DNA of 64,000 nt from an uncultured virus (IMG/VR IMGVR_UViG_3300042691_048250). Its lineage: Duplodnaviria; Heunggongvirae; Uroviricota; Caudoviricetes. How positions within the stretch are numbered: position 1 is the stretch's first letter; each line of letters begins with the position of its first letter. This document shows, piece after piece, positions 37,358 through 47,383 of this stretch. The notes under the pieces were generated by a model, which did not search any database, was not told the DNA's origin, and saw only the letters and a list, made by a program, of their open reading frames with translations. The position numbers and the translations under genes were made by a program. The DNA is taken from IMG/VR virus record IMGVR_UViG_3300042691_048250. One strand, written 5' to 3'.

Positions 37358-37657
37358 ATGGCAAATCCACCACCTCCATACAATGATTTGACAGGCATTA
37401 GCCGCACAGTGATGAAAGACAATGCCCAAGAAACCGTGGCCAACTATTCTGGCAACGCCCGGCCCGCTGAGTTCACAGTCAATGTCAATACTAACGAAAT
37501 CTACATAGGCAACGCAGCCGGTGCTCTGACCAAAGTATTACAGGTAACGGGCGCCAACACATATCTTGGCAACATAAGATCGGTCAACGATGTCACAGGC
37601 CTTAATCAACTGTATTTTGATCCTGCTACTGGCGAAATCGTGTATTACCAGCCTTAG
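37358..37657 (+). CDS. Small structural protein
   Basis: 99 aa; ARPAEFTVNVNTNEIYIG resembles the Mtd_N-like module; TAAGTA at 37332. Confidence 0.65.
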   Translation: MANPPPPYNDLTGISRTVMKDNAQETVANYSGNARPAEFTVNVNTNEIYIGNAAGALTKVLQVTGANTYLGNIRSVNDVTGLNQLYFDPATGEIVYYQP

Positions 37658-37685
37658 TATAAGTATATGAAATACATGGATCAAT

Positions 37686-39410
37686 ATGGCCTATCCCCAA
37701 CCCGCTAATGTAGCACCGTGGTATCTACGTAACATAACGCAGGCCCTGGAGCTTGACGAAGCCACGGGCAATGTTTTTATACGCACCAACGCGGCCATCA
37801 TTGGCAACGTCAGCGTGGGCAACGTAGCCATCGGGGCGTTGGGCAATGTTGATCTATCTGGCAATACATTACCAGTTACCATAGATTCAGGCAATGTCAC
37901 AGTATTTCAGGGTACTTCGCCCTGGGTGATATCGGGTAATATCAATGTAGATGCTATCACGGGTAATATTGCCGGTATTACGGGAAACATTGGCGGCATC
38001 ACAGGCAATGTCACAATAGTGGACGGCGGCGGCAGCATCACAGTAGATGGAAACGTAGGCATAACCGGTGGTAATGTCAATGTGGCAATAACATCTGGCA
38101 ATGTGGGCCTCACAGGAAACTTGGCTGGCATCACCGGCAATGTTACAATAGTGGATGGTGGCGGTTCAATCACTGTAGATGGCACAGTCAATGCCACGAT
38201 CACCGGCGGCAATGTGTCAACCACCATAGGTGGTACTAATCTTGATGCGTTTGGTCGCTTGCGGATCAGCGAGCCCTACACCCTGTTTGACAGCCAGAAC
38301 ATGTATATCAACGGTGGTCAATTCAGCAACGTGACCGCCAACAGTGGCTCCGTAACTTATGTGGCCGACGAAAGCTCGTTCAACCTGTCAGTGACCTCGG
38401 CCAATGGCAGCAGTGTTATAAGTCAGGCCAGATTCACACAGGCCTATCAACCCGGCAAGAGCCTGTTGTCCATGAATTCGTTTTGTTTTGCAGATCGTGC
38501 GGCAGGATGTCGCCAGCGAGTGGGCTATTTCACCGACAACAATGGCATATACTTTGAAGCTGACGGTGAAGATCTCTACTTGGTAATCCGGAGTCGGGCA
38601 TCAGGCACCATACAAGAAGAACGCATAGCCCAGACAGCCTGGAACGGCGATACCTTGAAAACTGGCGCCGCTCCCAATCCATCGGGCATCAATCTCAATC
38701 CTGAACTCACACAGATCTTCTGGTGTGACATTGAGTGGTTGGGTGTGGGCAATGTGCGTGCCGGGTTTATCATCAATGGTGAATTTATTGTATGCCATAC
38801 CTTCCAGCATGCCAATCAGGCTGGCAACACCACGGTGTATATGACCTCGGCCACGCTGAATCCCAGATACGAAATAACCAATACCGCGGCCACTGCCGGT
38901 GCTAGGACCATGAAACAGATCTGTAGCACAGTGATCAGTGAAGGCGGATTCACTCCGTCTACCAAGGTCCAGTATGTGACCAACAACACCAATTTAACCA
39001 GGATCTCGAGTGCCAACACACTCACAGCCCTGTGCAGCATCAGGCTCAACCCAGCCTACCCTGATGCTGTGGTCTTGCCCAGCCAGATAGGCATCTTGTT
39101 GGTGGACGTGCGATATGGAGAGTTCCAACTGGTGCAAGGTGCCAACATAGGCAACGTGACCTGGAGCAACGTGCCAAACTCCGTGGTGCAGACTGTGAAA
39201 ACTTCTAATGTGATCACAGATGGCACTGTGGTCTATCAGGGACTCAGCAGTTCCAGAGATGAAGCAGTCATAGGTGAAGATGTGGCCAAACGCCTACAGT
39301 TGGCCAGACATGCCAATGGCACTCCAGAAACTCTGACCCTGTGTGTGGCCTATACTCAGACCAACGGTGACCTATTGTATAAGTTTGGCTGGCAAGAACT
39401 TACTAACTAA
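37686..39410 (+). CDS. Fibre/decoration protein with Gly/Asn/Thr repeats and a globular C-terminal domain
   Basis: GITGNVTIVDGGGSITVDG duplicated (37995-38050, 38127-38182); DAFGRLR.S.P.TLFD domain. Confidence 0.75.
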   Translation: MAYPQPANVAPWYLRNITQALELDEATGNVFIRTNAAIIGNVSVGNVAIGALGNVDLSGNTLPVTIDSGNVTVFQGTSPWVISGNINVDAITGNIAGITGNIGGITGNVTIVDGGGSITVDGNVGITGGNVNVAITSGNVGLTGNLAGITGNVTIVDGGGSITVDGTVNATITGGNVSTTIGGTNLDAFGRLRISEPYTLFDSQNMYINGGQFSNVTANSGSVTYVADESSFNLSVTSANGSSVISQARFTQAYQPGKSLLSMNSFCFADRAAGCRQRVGYFTDNNGIYFEADGEDLYLVIRSRASGTIQEERIAQTAWNGDTLKTGAAPNPSGINLNPELTQIFWCDIEWLGVGNVRAGFIINGEFIVCHTFQHANQAGNTTVYMTSATLNPRYEITNTAATAGARTMKQICSTVISEGGFTPSTKVQYVTNNTNLTRISSANTLTALCSIRLNPAYPDAVVLPSQIGILLVDVRYGEFQLVQGANIGNVTWSNVPNSVVQTVKTSNVITDGTVVYQGLSSSRDEAVIGEDVAKRLQLARHANGTPETLTLCVAYTQTNGDLLYKFGWQELTN

Positions 39411-39411
39411 T

Positions 39412-39846
39412 ATGAAAAAACTACTACTAACATTATTGATAGTGCCCACTATAGCCCTGGCACAAAAAACACCACAAGGTGCCACATACGACACGCAGAT
39501 CTTGCGTGTATCAGACGGTGACACCATAGTGATCTCGGCCCGCTTCTTGCCGGCGCCGCTGAAACCCGAACTGGCTGTACGCATCTACGGTGTGGACACT
39601 CCGGAAAAAGGACACAGAGCACAGTGCCCTTCAGAAGCACAGCGCGGCGAAGCCGCATCGGCCTGGACCAAGCAACTCATAGCATCAGGAACCAAGTTCC
39701 AGGTCACGCTGTATGCCTGGGACAAGTTTGGTGGTCGTGTGCTGGGCGATATCTTGGTGGATGGTCGAAGCGTGCGTGCGGGCCTGATCCAGAACGGTCT
39801 GGCCAGAGAATACTACGGCGACGCCAAACAATCATGGTGCAACTGA
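39412..39846 (+). CDS. Thermonuclease (SNase) with N-terminal signal peptide
   Basis: MKKLLLTLLIVPTIALA signal; DGDT, RIYGVDTPE, DKFGGRVLG. Confidence 0.9.
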   Translation: MKKLLLTLLIVPTIALAQKTPQGATYDTQILRVSDGDTIVISARFLPAPLKPELAVRIYGVDTPEKGHRAQCPSEAQRGEAASAWTKQLIASGTKFQVTLYAWDKFGGRVLGDILVDGRSVRAGLIQNGLAREYYGDAKQSWCN

Positions 39847-39864
39847 TCCACTGTAAATAACTGC

Positions 39865-41430
39865 ATGGGCAAAGCCAATGAAGTAGTGCTGGTCAAATCA
39901 CCGCACCAGCGACAAGTCTACACCTCCGAACAGATCGACGAATTCCGCCAGTGTGCGGATCCTGTCACGGGCCCCATGTACTTTCTGGACCACTTCTTCT
40001 ATATACAGCACCCTACCCAGGGCCGGATGCTGTATCACCCTTTTGATTATCAAAAGAGATTGATAGAAACTTATCACAACTATCGGTTTTCAATCTCCAT
40101 GATGCCTCGACAGACTGGTAAGTCAACATCAGCCGCGGGTTATCTGTTGTGGTATGCCATGTTCGTTCCCGATTCCACTATCCTGGTAGCTGCCCACAAA
40201 TACACTGGTTCGCAGGAGATCATGCAGAGGATACGCTATGCCTATGAATCAGTGCCCGATCACATCCGCGCTGGAGCAGTGGACTACAACAAAGGCAGCC
40301 TCACATTTGACAACGGCAGCCGCATAGTGTCGGCTACCACCACAGAAAACACCGGCCGAGGCATGTCAATATCCTTGCTGTATGCAGACGAGTTTGCCTT
40401 CGTGCGCCCCACCATTGCCACGGAATTCTGGACTTCCATATCACCTACCTTGGCCACTGGTGGTAAGGCCATCATCACATCAACGCCCAACTCAGACGAA
40501 GATCAGTTCGCCTTGCTATGGAAGGGCGCCAACAGGATGGAAGATGAATATGGCAATCCCACACAAGTGGGACAGAATGGATTTCGGGCCTATCGCAGTT
40601 TCTGGAACGAGCATCCTGATCGCGATGAAACCTGGGCGCAACAACAGCGTGCGGCACTGGGCACGGATCGTTTCCGCCGAGAGATGGACTGCGAATTCAT
40701 CATCGCTGATGAGACCTTGATCGCTCCGGCCAAACTCATAGACTTGCAACCTGCGGAACCTGCCTACAAGACCGGCGAAGTCCGCTGGTTCGCCCACCCA
40801 CGTCCAGATCGCATCTATGCCATAGCCCTGGATCCCAGCTTGGGCACCGGGGGTGACCCGGCAGCGATCGAAGTGTTTGATGCCAATACCACTGAACAGG
40901 TAGCCGAGTGGCGCCATAACAGGACTGACATACCCACACAAGTGCGCATCCTGACCAACATCGTGCAACACATCTACGATACAGTCAAAGACGAGAAAAA
41001 TATCTATTATACTGTAGAGAACAATACCATTGGTGAAGCTGCCTTGATGAGCATCGCCGAATTTGGTGAGGAAAATATCAAGGGCTACTTTTTGTCAGAA
41101 CCCGGCGCGGGTTCACGCAGATTCCGCAAGGGATTTAACACCACCCACAAGCCCAAGTTAGCAGCCTGTAGCAAATTTAAAAATCTACTGGAAAGTGGTC
41201 GCATGCGTGTACACAGTGCCAGCCTGATTTCTGAGTGCAAAACTTTTGTGGCATCGGGCACAAGTTACGCAGCCAAGGTAGGCGAGACTGATGATCTGGT
41301 CATGGCCACGTTGTTGGTAGTGCGCATGCTCCAGGTCCTACAAGAATATCACAAAGAACTGGATGATCGCATGCGGGATCATGGGGAAAACATGATCGAG
41401 CCTTTACCCTTTGTAATGACCATGGGCTAA
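39865..41430 (+). CDS. gp17: Terminase large subunit
   Basis: PRQTGKST Walker A, LLYADEFAF Walker B, ITSTPN, DPS.G.GGD nuclease, DDLVMA. Confidence 0.96.
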   Translation: MGKANEVVLVKSPHQRQVYTSEQIDEFRQCADPVTGPMYFLDHFFYIQHPTQGRMLYHPFDYQKRLIETYHNYRFSISMMPRQTGKSTSAAGYLLWYAMFVPDSTILVAAHKYTGSQEIMQRIRYAYESVPDHIRAGAVDYNKGSLTFDNGSRIVSATTTENTGRGMSISLLYADEFAFVRPTIATEFWTSISPTLATGGKAIITSTPNSDEDQFALLWKGANRMEDEYGNPTQVGQNGFRAYRSFWNEHPDRDETWAQQQRAALGTDRFRREMDCEFIIADETLIAPAKLIDLQPAEPAYKTGEVRWFAHPRPDRIYAIALDPSLGTGGDPAAIEVFDANTTEQVAEWRHNRTDIPTQVRILTNIVQHIYDTVKDEKNIYYTVENNTIGEAALMSIAEFGEENIKGYFLSEPGAGSRRFRKGFNTTHKPKLAACSKFKNLLESGRMRVHSASLISECKTFVASGTSYAAKVGETDDLVMATLLVVRMLQVLQEYHKELDDRMRDHGENMIEPLPFVMTMG

Positions 41431-41439
41431 ATACCTATT

Positions 41440-42855
41440 ATGCAAGATATCACCGGCCAAAAACTCTACGATCTATTGGTTACTCGCGATTTTGATCCTG
41501 AAATACTGGACAAACAGGGCAAGCCTATCACAGATCCTGTTCAAGCAGATCTTTTCAGTTTTGATTTCAAGACCCCGGACAACAACTACGGCACCGTGGT
41601 GGTGCTGTTGGGACAAGAAAAAAATCTCGAGGTGTACTATGGCGATAATCTCGGGCGCGGTATGGAAGGCCAAGACAAACGAGATTGGTATTCCTTCCTT
41701 GAGCAGTTGAGCGATTTCGCGGCACGTAACATGCTGGAGTTTGAGCTCAATGACATCAACAAATTAAAGTATACCATGCAGGGCATGGCGGCCATCAAAG
41801 AAGGCCTGTTTGAAGGCTACTACGGCACACGCAAAGTGAGTTACTCGGATCAACCTAAGAAAACACGCCTGGTGATCAAGCACAACCGTGATCTTGGTGA
41901 AGGCGAAGCACGCCATCGCAACATAGATGCGCTGTTTGTCGAAACCGAAGACGGTTCACGATTCCGATTACCATTCAAGAAATTGCTGGGAGGCCGAGTC
42001 ATGGCACGGCACTGTGCCGAGGGTGGCACACCCTATGATGCTTTTGGACAACAAATCACGCAGATGATCGCAGAGATGAATACCATGTCTCGTTTTGTGC
42101 GTGCGGCCCGCGGACGAGGATTCACTGGAGAGGCCTTGGCCATGGTGGAAACCGCAATCAGGCATTATTCTGATTTGAAAGACAAAGCCAAACGCATGAT
42201 CAGCCAGCGTGGTTATCATGAAGAACGCGAACAGTATCGCCCAGATCGATTTACCGACAGCGAAGTAGCTGCCGAAGCCATACGCGACATGTTTATCGAG
42301 CAGACCCTGGATCATAGGATCGAAGAAGCCCTGCCTGTGCTCACACGCATAGCCAACGAAGCACAACGCATGAAAGAAGCAGCCATGTTTGAATCCTGGG
42401 CTGACCAATTAGTGGAAGGCACCTGGGCCCTGCCAGACACCAAAGAAGATCAGGCACGATTGCAAGATCTCATGAGCCGCGAACTTACCGTGGGCGCAGA
42501 CGCTACCAATGCCACTGAGCAACTGTATGATCTGATTGGTGACGACCAACTGTTCGATATCCTGTCAGATCTTGCTAACACCAATCCTGATGCCAATGCC
42601 TGGGACAATGCCAGAGTCTGGAAGAGACTTGCCGAGTTGGGCATACAGCGTCCAGATGCACAGACCACAGCCGAAAACTTAGGTGGTGGCGGCTTGCAAG
42701 GTGCACCCGTAGGCGTGGGTTCCGGCATGTTGGAAAAAGACATGGATGAAGATCTGGACCCAGAAGGAATTATGCGTACAGTGCCCAGCAACATGAGTTC
42801 TGAAAGCCAGCATCGTCCGATTTTCAAACGTTTGATTGAACTGGCAAAAGGCTAA
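41440..42855 (+). CDS. Hypothetical protein (471 aa, late, possibly head-associated)
   Basis: TAAATA 6 nt before ATG; acidic with several [ILMV]xE sites. Confidence 0.75.
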   Translation: MQDITGQKLYDLLVTRDFDPEILDKQGKPITDPVQADLFSFDFKTPDNNYGTVVVLLGQEKNLEVYYGDNLGRGMEGQDKRDWYSFLEQLSDFAARNMLEFELNDINKLKYTMQGMAAIKEGLFEGYYGTRKVSYSDQPKKTRLVIKHNRDLGEGEARHRNIDALFVETEDGSRFRLPFKKLLGGRVMARHCAEGGTPYDAFGQQITQMIAEMNTMSRFVRAARGRGFTGEALAMVETAIRHYSDLKDKAKRMISQRGYHEEREQYRPDRFTDSEVAAEAIRDMFIEQTLDHRIEEALPVLTRIANEAQRMKEAAMFESWADQLVEGTWALPDTKEDQARLQDLMSRELTVGADATNATEQLYDLIGDDQLFDILSDLANTNPDANAWDNARVWKRLAELGIQRPDAQTTAENLGGGGLQGAPVGVGSGMLEKDMDEDLDPEGIMRTVPSNMSSESQHRPIFKRLIELAKG

Positions 42856-42864
42856 CAAAAATCT

Positions 42865-42984
42865 GCAAAGTCAGTTGACTTTGCTAAATAGTATCGTGTA
42901 CACTTTAGTGGTGTACTCATAGGCAAGCAGTACACTTAGGCAAGTAGCAACAATCATAATAGGCAACGAAAGGACAATCATATT
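42865..42984 (+). promoter_or_regulatory. Dual promoter and repeat-containing leader of the SSB gene
   Basis: TTGACT 42875-N18-TACACT; TAAATA 42885; inverted repeat 42865-42884; TAGGCAA x3. Confidence 0.6.
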
Positions 42985-43980
42985 ATGGCATCTTTAGCAG
43001 AAATCCGCGCAAGACTCGCAGCCGCAGAGTCTAACAAAGGCGGTCAATCCACAGGCGGCGACAACGCAATTTACCCCCACTGGAACATGGAAGAAGGACA
43101 CTCAGCAGTGCTCCGTTTCTTGCCTGACGGTGATCCCAAAAACACATTCTTCTGGGCAGAACGTGCCATGATCAAACTGCCATTCGCTGGCATCAAAGGC
43201 GAAATGGACAGTAAACAGGTCCAGGTACAAGTGCCCTGCGTAGAGATGTGGGGCGATCCTTGCCCAATCCTGGCAGAGGTACGCACCTGGTTCAAAGACA
43301 AGGCCCTGGAGGACATGGGTCGCAAGTATTGGAAAAAACGCAGTTATGTGTTCCAAGGTTTCGTAAGAGAAAATCCTCTTACCGACGATAAGACACCTGA
43401 AAATCCTATCCGGCGTTTCATCATAGGTCCGCAGATTTTTACTATCATCAAGTCGGCCCTGATGGATCCTGAATTGGAAGAACTGCCAACAGATTTGTTG
43501 CGTGGTCTGGATTTCCGTGTCGCCAAGACTTCAAAAGGCGGCTACGCAGACTACAGTACGAGCAAATGGGCTCGTAAGGAATCAGCCTTGACCGAAGCAG
43601 AACAAGCGGCCCTCCAAGCACATGGTCTCTTCACCTTGGCTGACTTTTTGCCCAAGAAGCCAAACGATGCTGAACTCAAAGTCATGAAAGAAATGTTCGA
43701 GGCTTCAGTGGATGGCAAACCTTACGATCCCGACCGTTGGGGTGCATACTTTAGACCGGCTGGCGTAGCGGCTCCGTCAAGCTCTTCACCGAGCCCTGTC
43801 GCGACCGACGAGGAAGCCGCACCAGTGGCCACGGCCAAGTCTGCACCTGCTTCTACAGCGAGCAGTTTTGATGAGGATGAAGCACCGGCTGCCACAGCAC
43901 CGGTAGCCAAACCTGCTGCCGGTGGCCAGAATGCGCAAGACATCTTGGCCATGATCCGCGCACGTCAAAACAAGGGTTGA
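42985..43980 (+). CDS. gp32: Single-stranded DNA-binding protein
   Basis: AVLRFLP, CP, YW.K.SY, G.DF...K..KGGYADY.TS.W; low-complexity tail ending DILAMIRAR. Confidence 0.9.
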   Translation: MASLAEIRARLAAAESNKGGQSTGGDNAIYPHWNMEEGHSAVLRFLPDGDPKNTFFWAERAMIKLPFAGIKGEMDSKQVQVQVPCVEMWGDPCPILAEVRTWFKDKALEDMGRKYWKKRSYVFQGFVRENPLTDDKTPENPIRRFIIGPQIFTIIKSALMDPELEELPTDLLRGLDFRVAKTSKGGYADYSTSKWARKESALTEAEQAALQAHGLFTLADFLPKKPNDAELKVMKEMFEASVDGKPYDPDRWGAYFRPAGVAAPSSSSPSPVATDEEAAPVATAKSAPASTASSFDEDEAPAATAPVAKPAAGGQNAQDILAMIRARQNKG

Positions 43981-44627
43981 TGTTCTCCGACATCGACTTT
44001 GCGCTTTATCCAGATGATTGTGAAGTGGCAGAAATGCCACTTCATGATCAATGGGTATACATGATACAAAAAAACGGTACATCCAGCATAAGGGAAGATC
44101 GCAGTGGTCAATTCCGCATACTGAAGAACGAACAGATCAAAGATTTAGACTTTGTTGATATATACATCAGAGATCCCAAAACAAGATACGTCAGTGGTGT
44201 AAACACCTTCGTGCAACACACTCTGCGCGATCGCCCTGATCTTGACAAAGATACTGTGACGTACTTTGCTACAAATTACCTTTTTTTGAACAGACATTAT
44301 CTGCCGCAGATCTTGTGGATATTCAATTTACTACGATGGTTATCACCCACAGCCCGGTTGAGATTGCACGATTTTAAACACTATGGTGACCTGGTAAACA
44401 TCAACCATCGCGCCTTGATCGACCCTGCAGACACAACGACCCAAGACCAAATACTGGCTGCCGACAATGGCATGGCTCTATGGTGGTTTGCAGATCAGAT
44501 ACTTTTGGACCATGCTGGTCAAACAATGACCTGGAACGCACTACGAGATGTCTATCGCCGACGCTACCCAGATGTCTGGCAGTCCATGACTTCTACAACA
44601 CAAAAAATGCATCATGTATTGCAGTAG
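43980..44627 (+). CDS. Sulfotransferase-like protein
   Basis: IQKNGTSS (5'-PSB-like), IRDP..RYVSG (3'-PB-like), HYLPQ. Confidence 0.55.
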   Translation: MFSDIDFALYPDDCEVAEMPLHDQWVYMIQKNGTSSIREDRSGQFRILKNEQIKDLDFVDIYIRDPKTRYVSGVNTFVQHTLRDRPDLDKDTVTYFATNYLFLNRHYLPQILWIFNLLRWLSPTARLRLHDFKHYGDLVNINHRALIDPADTTTQDQILAADNGMALWWFADQILLDHAGQTMTWNALRDVYRRRYPDVWQSMTSTTQKMHHVLQ

Positions 44628-45630
44628 GTTAGATCATTTTGTCAGGCTCAATGCAGATGGTACCATCGGCAAGTGCGGACACATGGTCAATGCGCCAGGG
44701 TTTGAGTCTTGGACAGCCATGCAAGACAGTGCTTGGTTGGCAGACGTGCGAAACAAGATGGCACAGGACCAATGGCCCACAGAATGCCAACGCTGTCAGG
44801 CCACAGAACGCATGCCACAGGCCCGTAGCATAAGATTAGACGCAGATGGCCGACACAAAATACTATCTCAGATCAAATCGGATTATGTCATACTTGGTGG
44901 CGTATTGGACAATGTGTGCAACAGTGCTTGCCAAAGCTGTCAGCCTCAACTTAGCACCAAGATAGGCAGTCTCCACAGCCGAGATTACATACGCATCGAC
45001 AACAGCTCTAAATTGGCTCTTGTGCCCTGGGATCGCGTGGTGGAAGTAGATGTCAATGGTGGAGAACCTGCGGCCAGCCCCAACTACCAGAAGTTGTTGG
45101 ACGATCTGCCACCCATGACCCGCGTTTTAAGGATCAATACTAACTGTAGCCGTGTTATGCCTAATATTGAAAACATTCTGGATAGGGGCATCTTCGTAAT
45201 TATTACCATGAGCCTGGATGGCACCCACGGAGTGCATGACTATGTGCGATGGCCCATACATTGGTCGGATTATCAGCGCACTGTAGCAGTGTATCGCCAG
45301 TTGGCAAGCAAATATAAAAACATTCAATTGCAAGCCTGGACTGTGGTACATGCCTTGAACGCAGCCGACATGCCCAATGTGGCTTATTGGTGCCAGAACA
45401 ACAATATCAAACACTCCTGGGCCTGGTTGCGCGATCCAGATCCTTTGAATGCTGGTTATACCAATTCTTTCACTGTGCGTGCCCGAGAGATTCTGGAATC
45501 CAGTGGTGAATCTGTGTTGCAGGACATGTCGAGATTCATAGCCACCTACAGTGACAATCAGTCTTCATTGGATGCATATATCGCGGGCCAAGATGCCCTG
45601 CGCAACATTAGTATCAAGGACTATCTATGA
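44614..45630 (+). CDS. Radical SAM protein with N-terminal Cys-rich (SPASM/twitch-like) domain
   Basis: CNSACQSC, GGEP, SLDG...YVRWP..W. Confidence 0.9.
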   Translation: MYCSRLDHFVRLNADGTIGKCGHMVNAPGFESWTAMQDSAWLADVRNKMAQDQWPTECQRCQATERMPQARSIRLDADGRHKILSQIKSDYVILGGVLDNVCNSACQSCQPQLSTKIGSLHSRDYIRIDNSSKLALVPWDRVVEVDVNGGEPAASPNYQKLLDDLPPMTRVLRINTNCSRVMPNIENILDRGIFVIITMSLDGTHGVHDYVRWPIHWSDYQRTVAVYRQLASKYKNIQLQAWTVVHALNAADMPNVAYWCQNNNIKHSWAWLRDPDPLNAGYTNSFTVRAREILESSGESVLQDMSRFIATYSDNQSSLDAYIAGQDALRNISIKDYL

Positions 45631-46202
45631 ATATTGCCATCACAGGACACACCGCTGGCATAGGTCGTTCCTTGGCACGCAGGATGACCGATCTTGGTCA
45701 TACCGTAGTTGGTATCAGCAAGAGAGAAGGTAACAACATCAGGAATGTGCCCAAAATTTTGCAACAGATCGAGCCCTGTGATTTCTGGATCAACAATGCA
45801 CAAGCTGGTTATGCCCAGACTGAGTTGCTTTATCGCGTATGGGAGACCTGGCGCGGCAAACCAAACAAGATGATTTGGTTGATATCTACCATGATGACCC
45901 GAGAGGTAGGTATAACAGTTATCCCTGGCATGACCGAAGTGGCTGTAGCCGAATACAAAAATCAAAAACGTGCCTTGGAAGATGCTTTCTACCAGATGCG
46001 ATCTGCATCCTTCACTCCGGCCATGATGCTGATAAGACCCGGACGTGTGGCCACCCAACCGGAGCAGGTACCAGATCAGCATGGAGCCGATGTTGACAAA
46101 TGGACCGATATCATTGTGGATTTTTACTTGTCGTGCCAACACAATAACCTCTGGCCCGAAGAAGTAAGTCTTGGGTTCAACAAGGCAATCATACGCCTAT
46201 GA
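45627..46202 (+). CDS. Short-chain dehydrogenase/reductase-like protein
   Basis: ITGHTAGIG, INNA, YKNQK (YxxxK). Confidence 0.8.
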   Translation: MNIAITGHTAGIGRSLARRMTDLGHTVVGISKREGNNIRNVPKILQQIEPCDFWINNAQAGYAQTELLYRVWETWRGKPNKMIWLISTMMTREVGITVIPGMTEVAVAEYKNQKRALEDAFYQMRSASFTPAMMLIRPGRVATQPEQVPDQHGADVDKWTDIIVDFYLSCQHNNLWPEEVSLGFNKAIIRL

Positions 46203-46221
46203 TTACACATAACCTAATTGT

Positions 46222-46250
46222 TCGACAATATGCCAAACTTGTGCTACAAT
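46222..46250 (+). promoter_or_regulatory. Sigma70-type promoter for uvsX
   Basis: TCGACA-N17-TACAAT with extended TG. Confidence 0.6.
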
Positions 46251-46319
46251 CATGTATAAATCACAGCATAGATCAATGGCAAGGCATAGATACCCTATAT
46301 TCAATTAACGAGGACTACC

Positions 46320-47381
46320 ATGGCAAAACCTTTTGACGTATCAAAGTTCCGGAAGGAAATCACAAAATCAATCGATGGATTGAGCATCGGTTTCAACGAT
46401 CCTACAGATTGGATCTCTACAGGCAACTATGCCTTAAATTATCTTATATCTGGAGACTTCAACAAAGGTGTACCACTGGGTAAGGTCACTGTATTTGCTG
46501 GTGAATCCGGTGCAGGCAAGAGTTATATCTGTTCAGGTAATATCGTCAAGCATGCACAGGAACAAGGTATTTTTGTTGTGCTAATCGATACAGAGAACGC
46601 CCTTGACGAGGCATGGTTGCATGCCCTGGGCGTGGACACAGATGAACGGAAACTGTTAAAACTGAGCATGGCCATGATCGACGATGTGGCCAAGACCATT
46701 TCAACATTCATGGCCGACTACAAAGGTCTGCCTGCTGATGAACGACCCAAGGTCATGTTCGTCATAGACTCGGTGGGCATGTTGCTTACTCCCACAGATG
46801 TCAACCAGTTTGAAGCCGGTGACATGAAAGGTGACTTAGGTCGCAAAGCCAAGAGCTTGACTGCTTTAGTGCGTAACTGTGTCAACATGTTTGGTAACTA
46901 CAACGTGGGCATGGTGTGTACTAACCATACCTATGCTTCGCAGGACATGTTTGATCCCGACGACAAGATCAGCGGTGGTCAAGGTTTTATCTATGCAAGT
47001 AGTATTGTAGTGGCCATGCGTAAACTCAAACTCAAAGAAGACGAAGACGGCAACAAGATTTCAGATGTCATGGGTATCCGTAGTGCCTGTAAGGTCATGA
47101 AAACTCGCTATGCCAAACCTTTTGAAGGCGTGCAGGTCAAGATCCCCTATGAGACAGGAATGAACCCTTACAGCGGACTTACAGATTTGGCCGAGAAAAA
47201 AGGCATGCTGAAAAAAGATGGTAACAAACTCATGTTCGTGACCAGCGAAGGAGAAATCATCAAATACTTCCGCAAGGGCTGGGAAAGCAACGAAGATGGT
47301 TGCCTGGAAAAAGTCATGCGAGATTTCCAAAATCAGAAGGCCGAGGTAAGTACATCCGAAGAATCATCTGAGGAGGAATAA
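46320..47381 (+). CDS. uvsX: RecA-like recombinase
   Basis: STGNYALNYLISG, AGESGAGKS, IDTENA, VIDSVG, NHTY, SGG.G..YASS. Confidence 0.95.
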   Translation: MAKPFDVSKFRKEITKSIDGLSIGFNDPTDWISTGNYALNYLISGDFNKGVPLGKVTVFAGESGAGKSYICSGNIVKHAQEQGIFVVLIDTENALDEAWLHALGVDTDERKLLKLSMAMIDDVAKTISTFMADYKGLPADERPKVMFVIDSVGMLLTPTDVNQFEAGDMKGDLGRKAKSLTALVRNCVNMFGNYNVGMVCTNHTYASQDMFDPDDKISGGQGFIYASSIVVAMRKLKLKEDEDGNKISDVMGIRSACKVMKTRYAKPFEGVQVKIPYETGMNPYSGLTDLAEKKGMLKKDGNKLMFVTSEGEIIKYFRKGWESNEDGCLEKVMRDFQNQKAEVSTSEESSEEE

Positions 47382-47383
47382 AC

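Noticed and set aside
46266..46292. GCATAGAT direct repeat in the uvsX leader
   Set aside because: Only two 8-nt copies; too weak to distinguish from chance without comparative data
39865..47381. Inteins or introns in terminase or uvsX
   Set aside because: Lengths (521 and 353 aa) are normal and motifs are contiguous, with no splice-junction signatures
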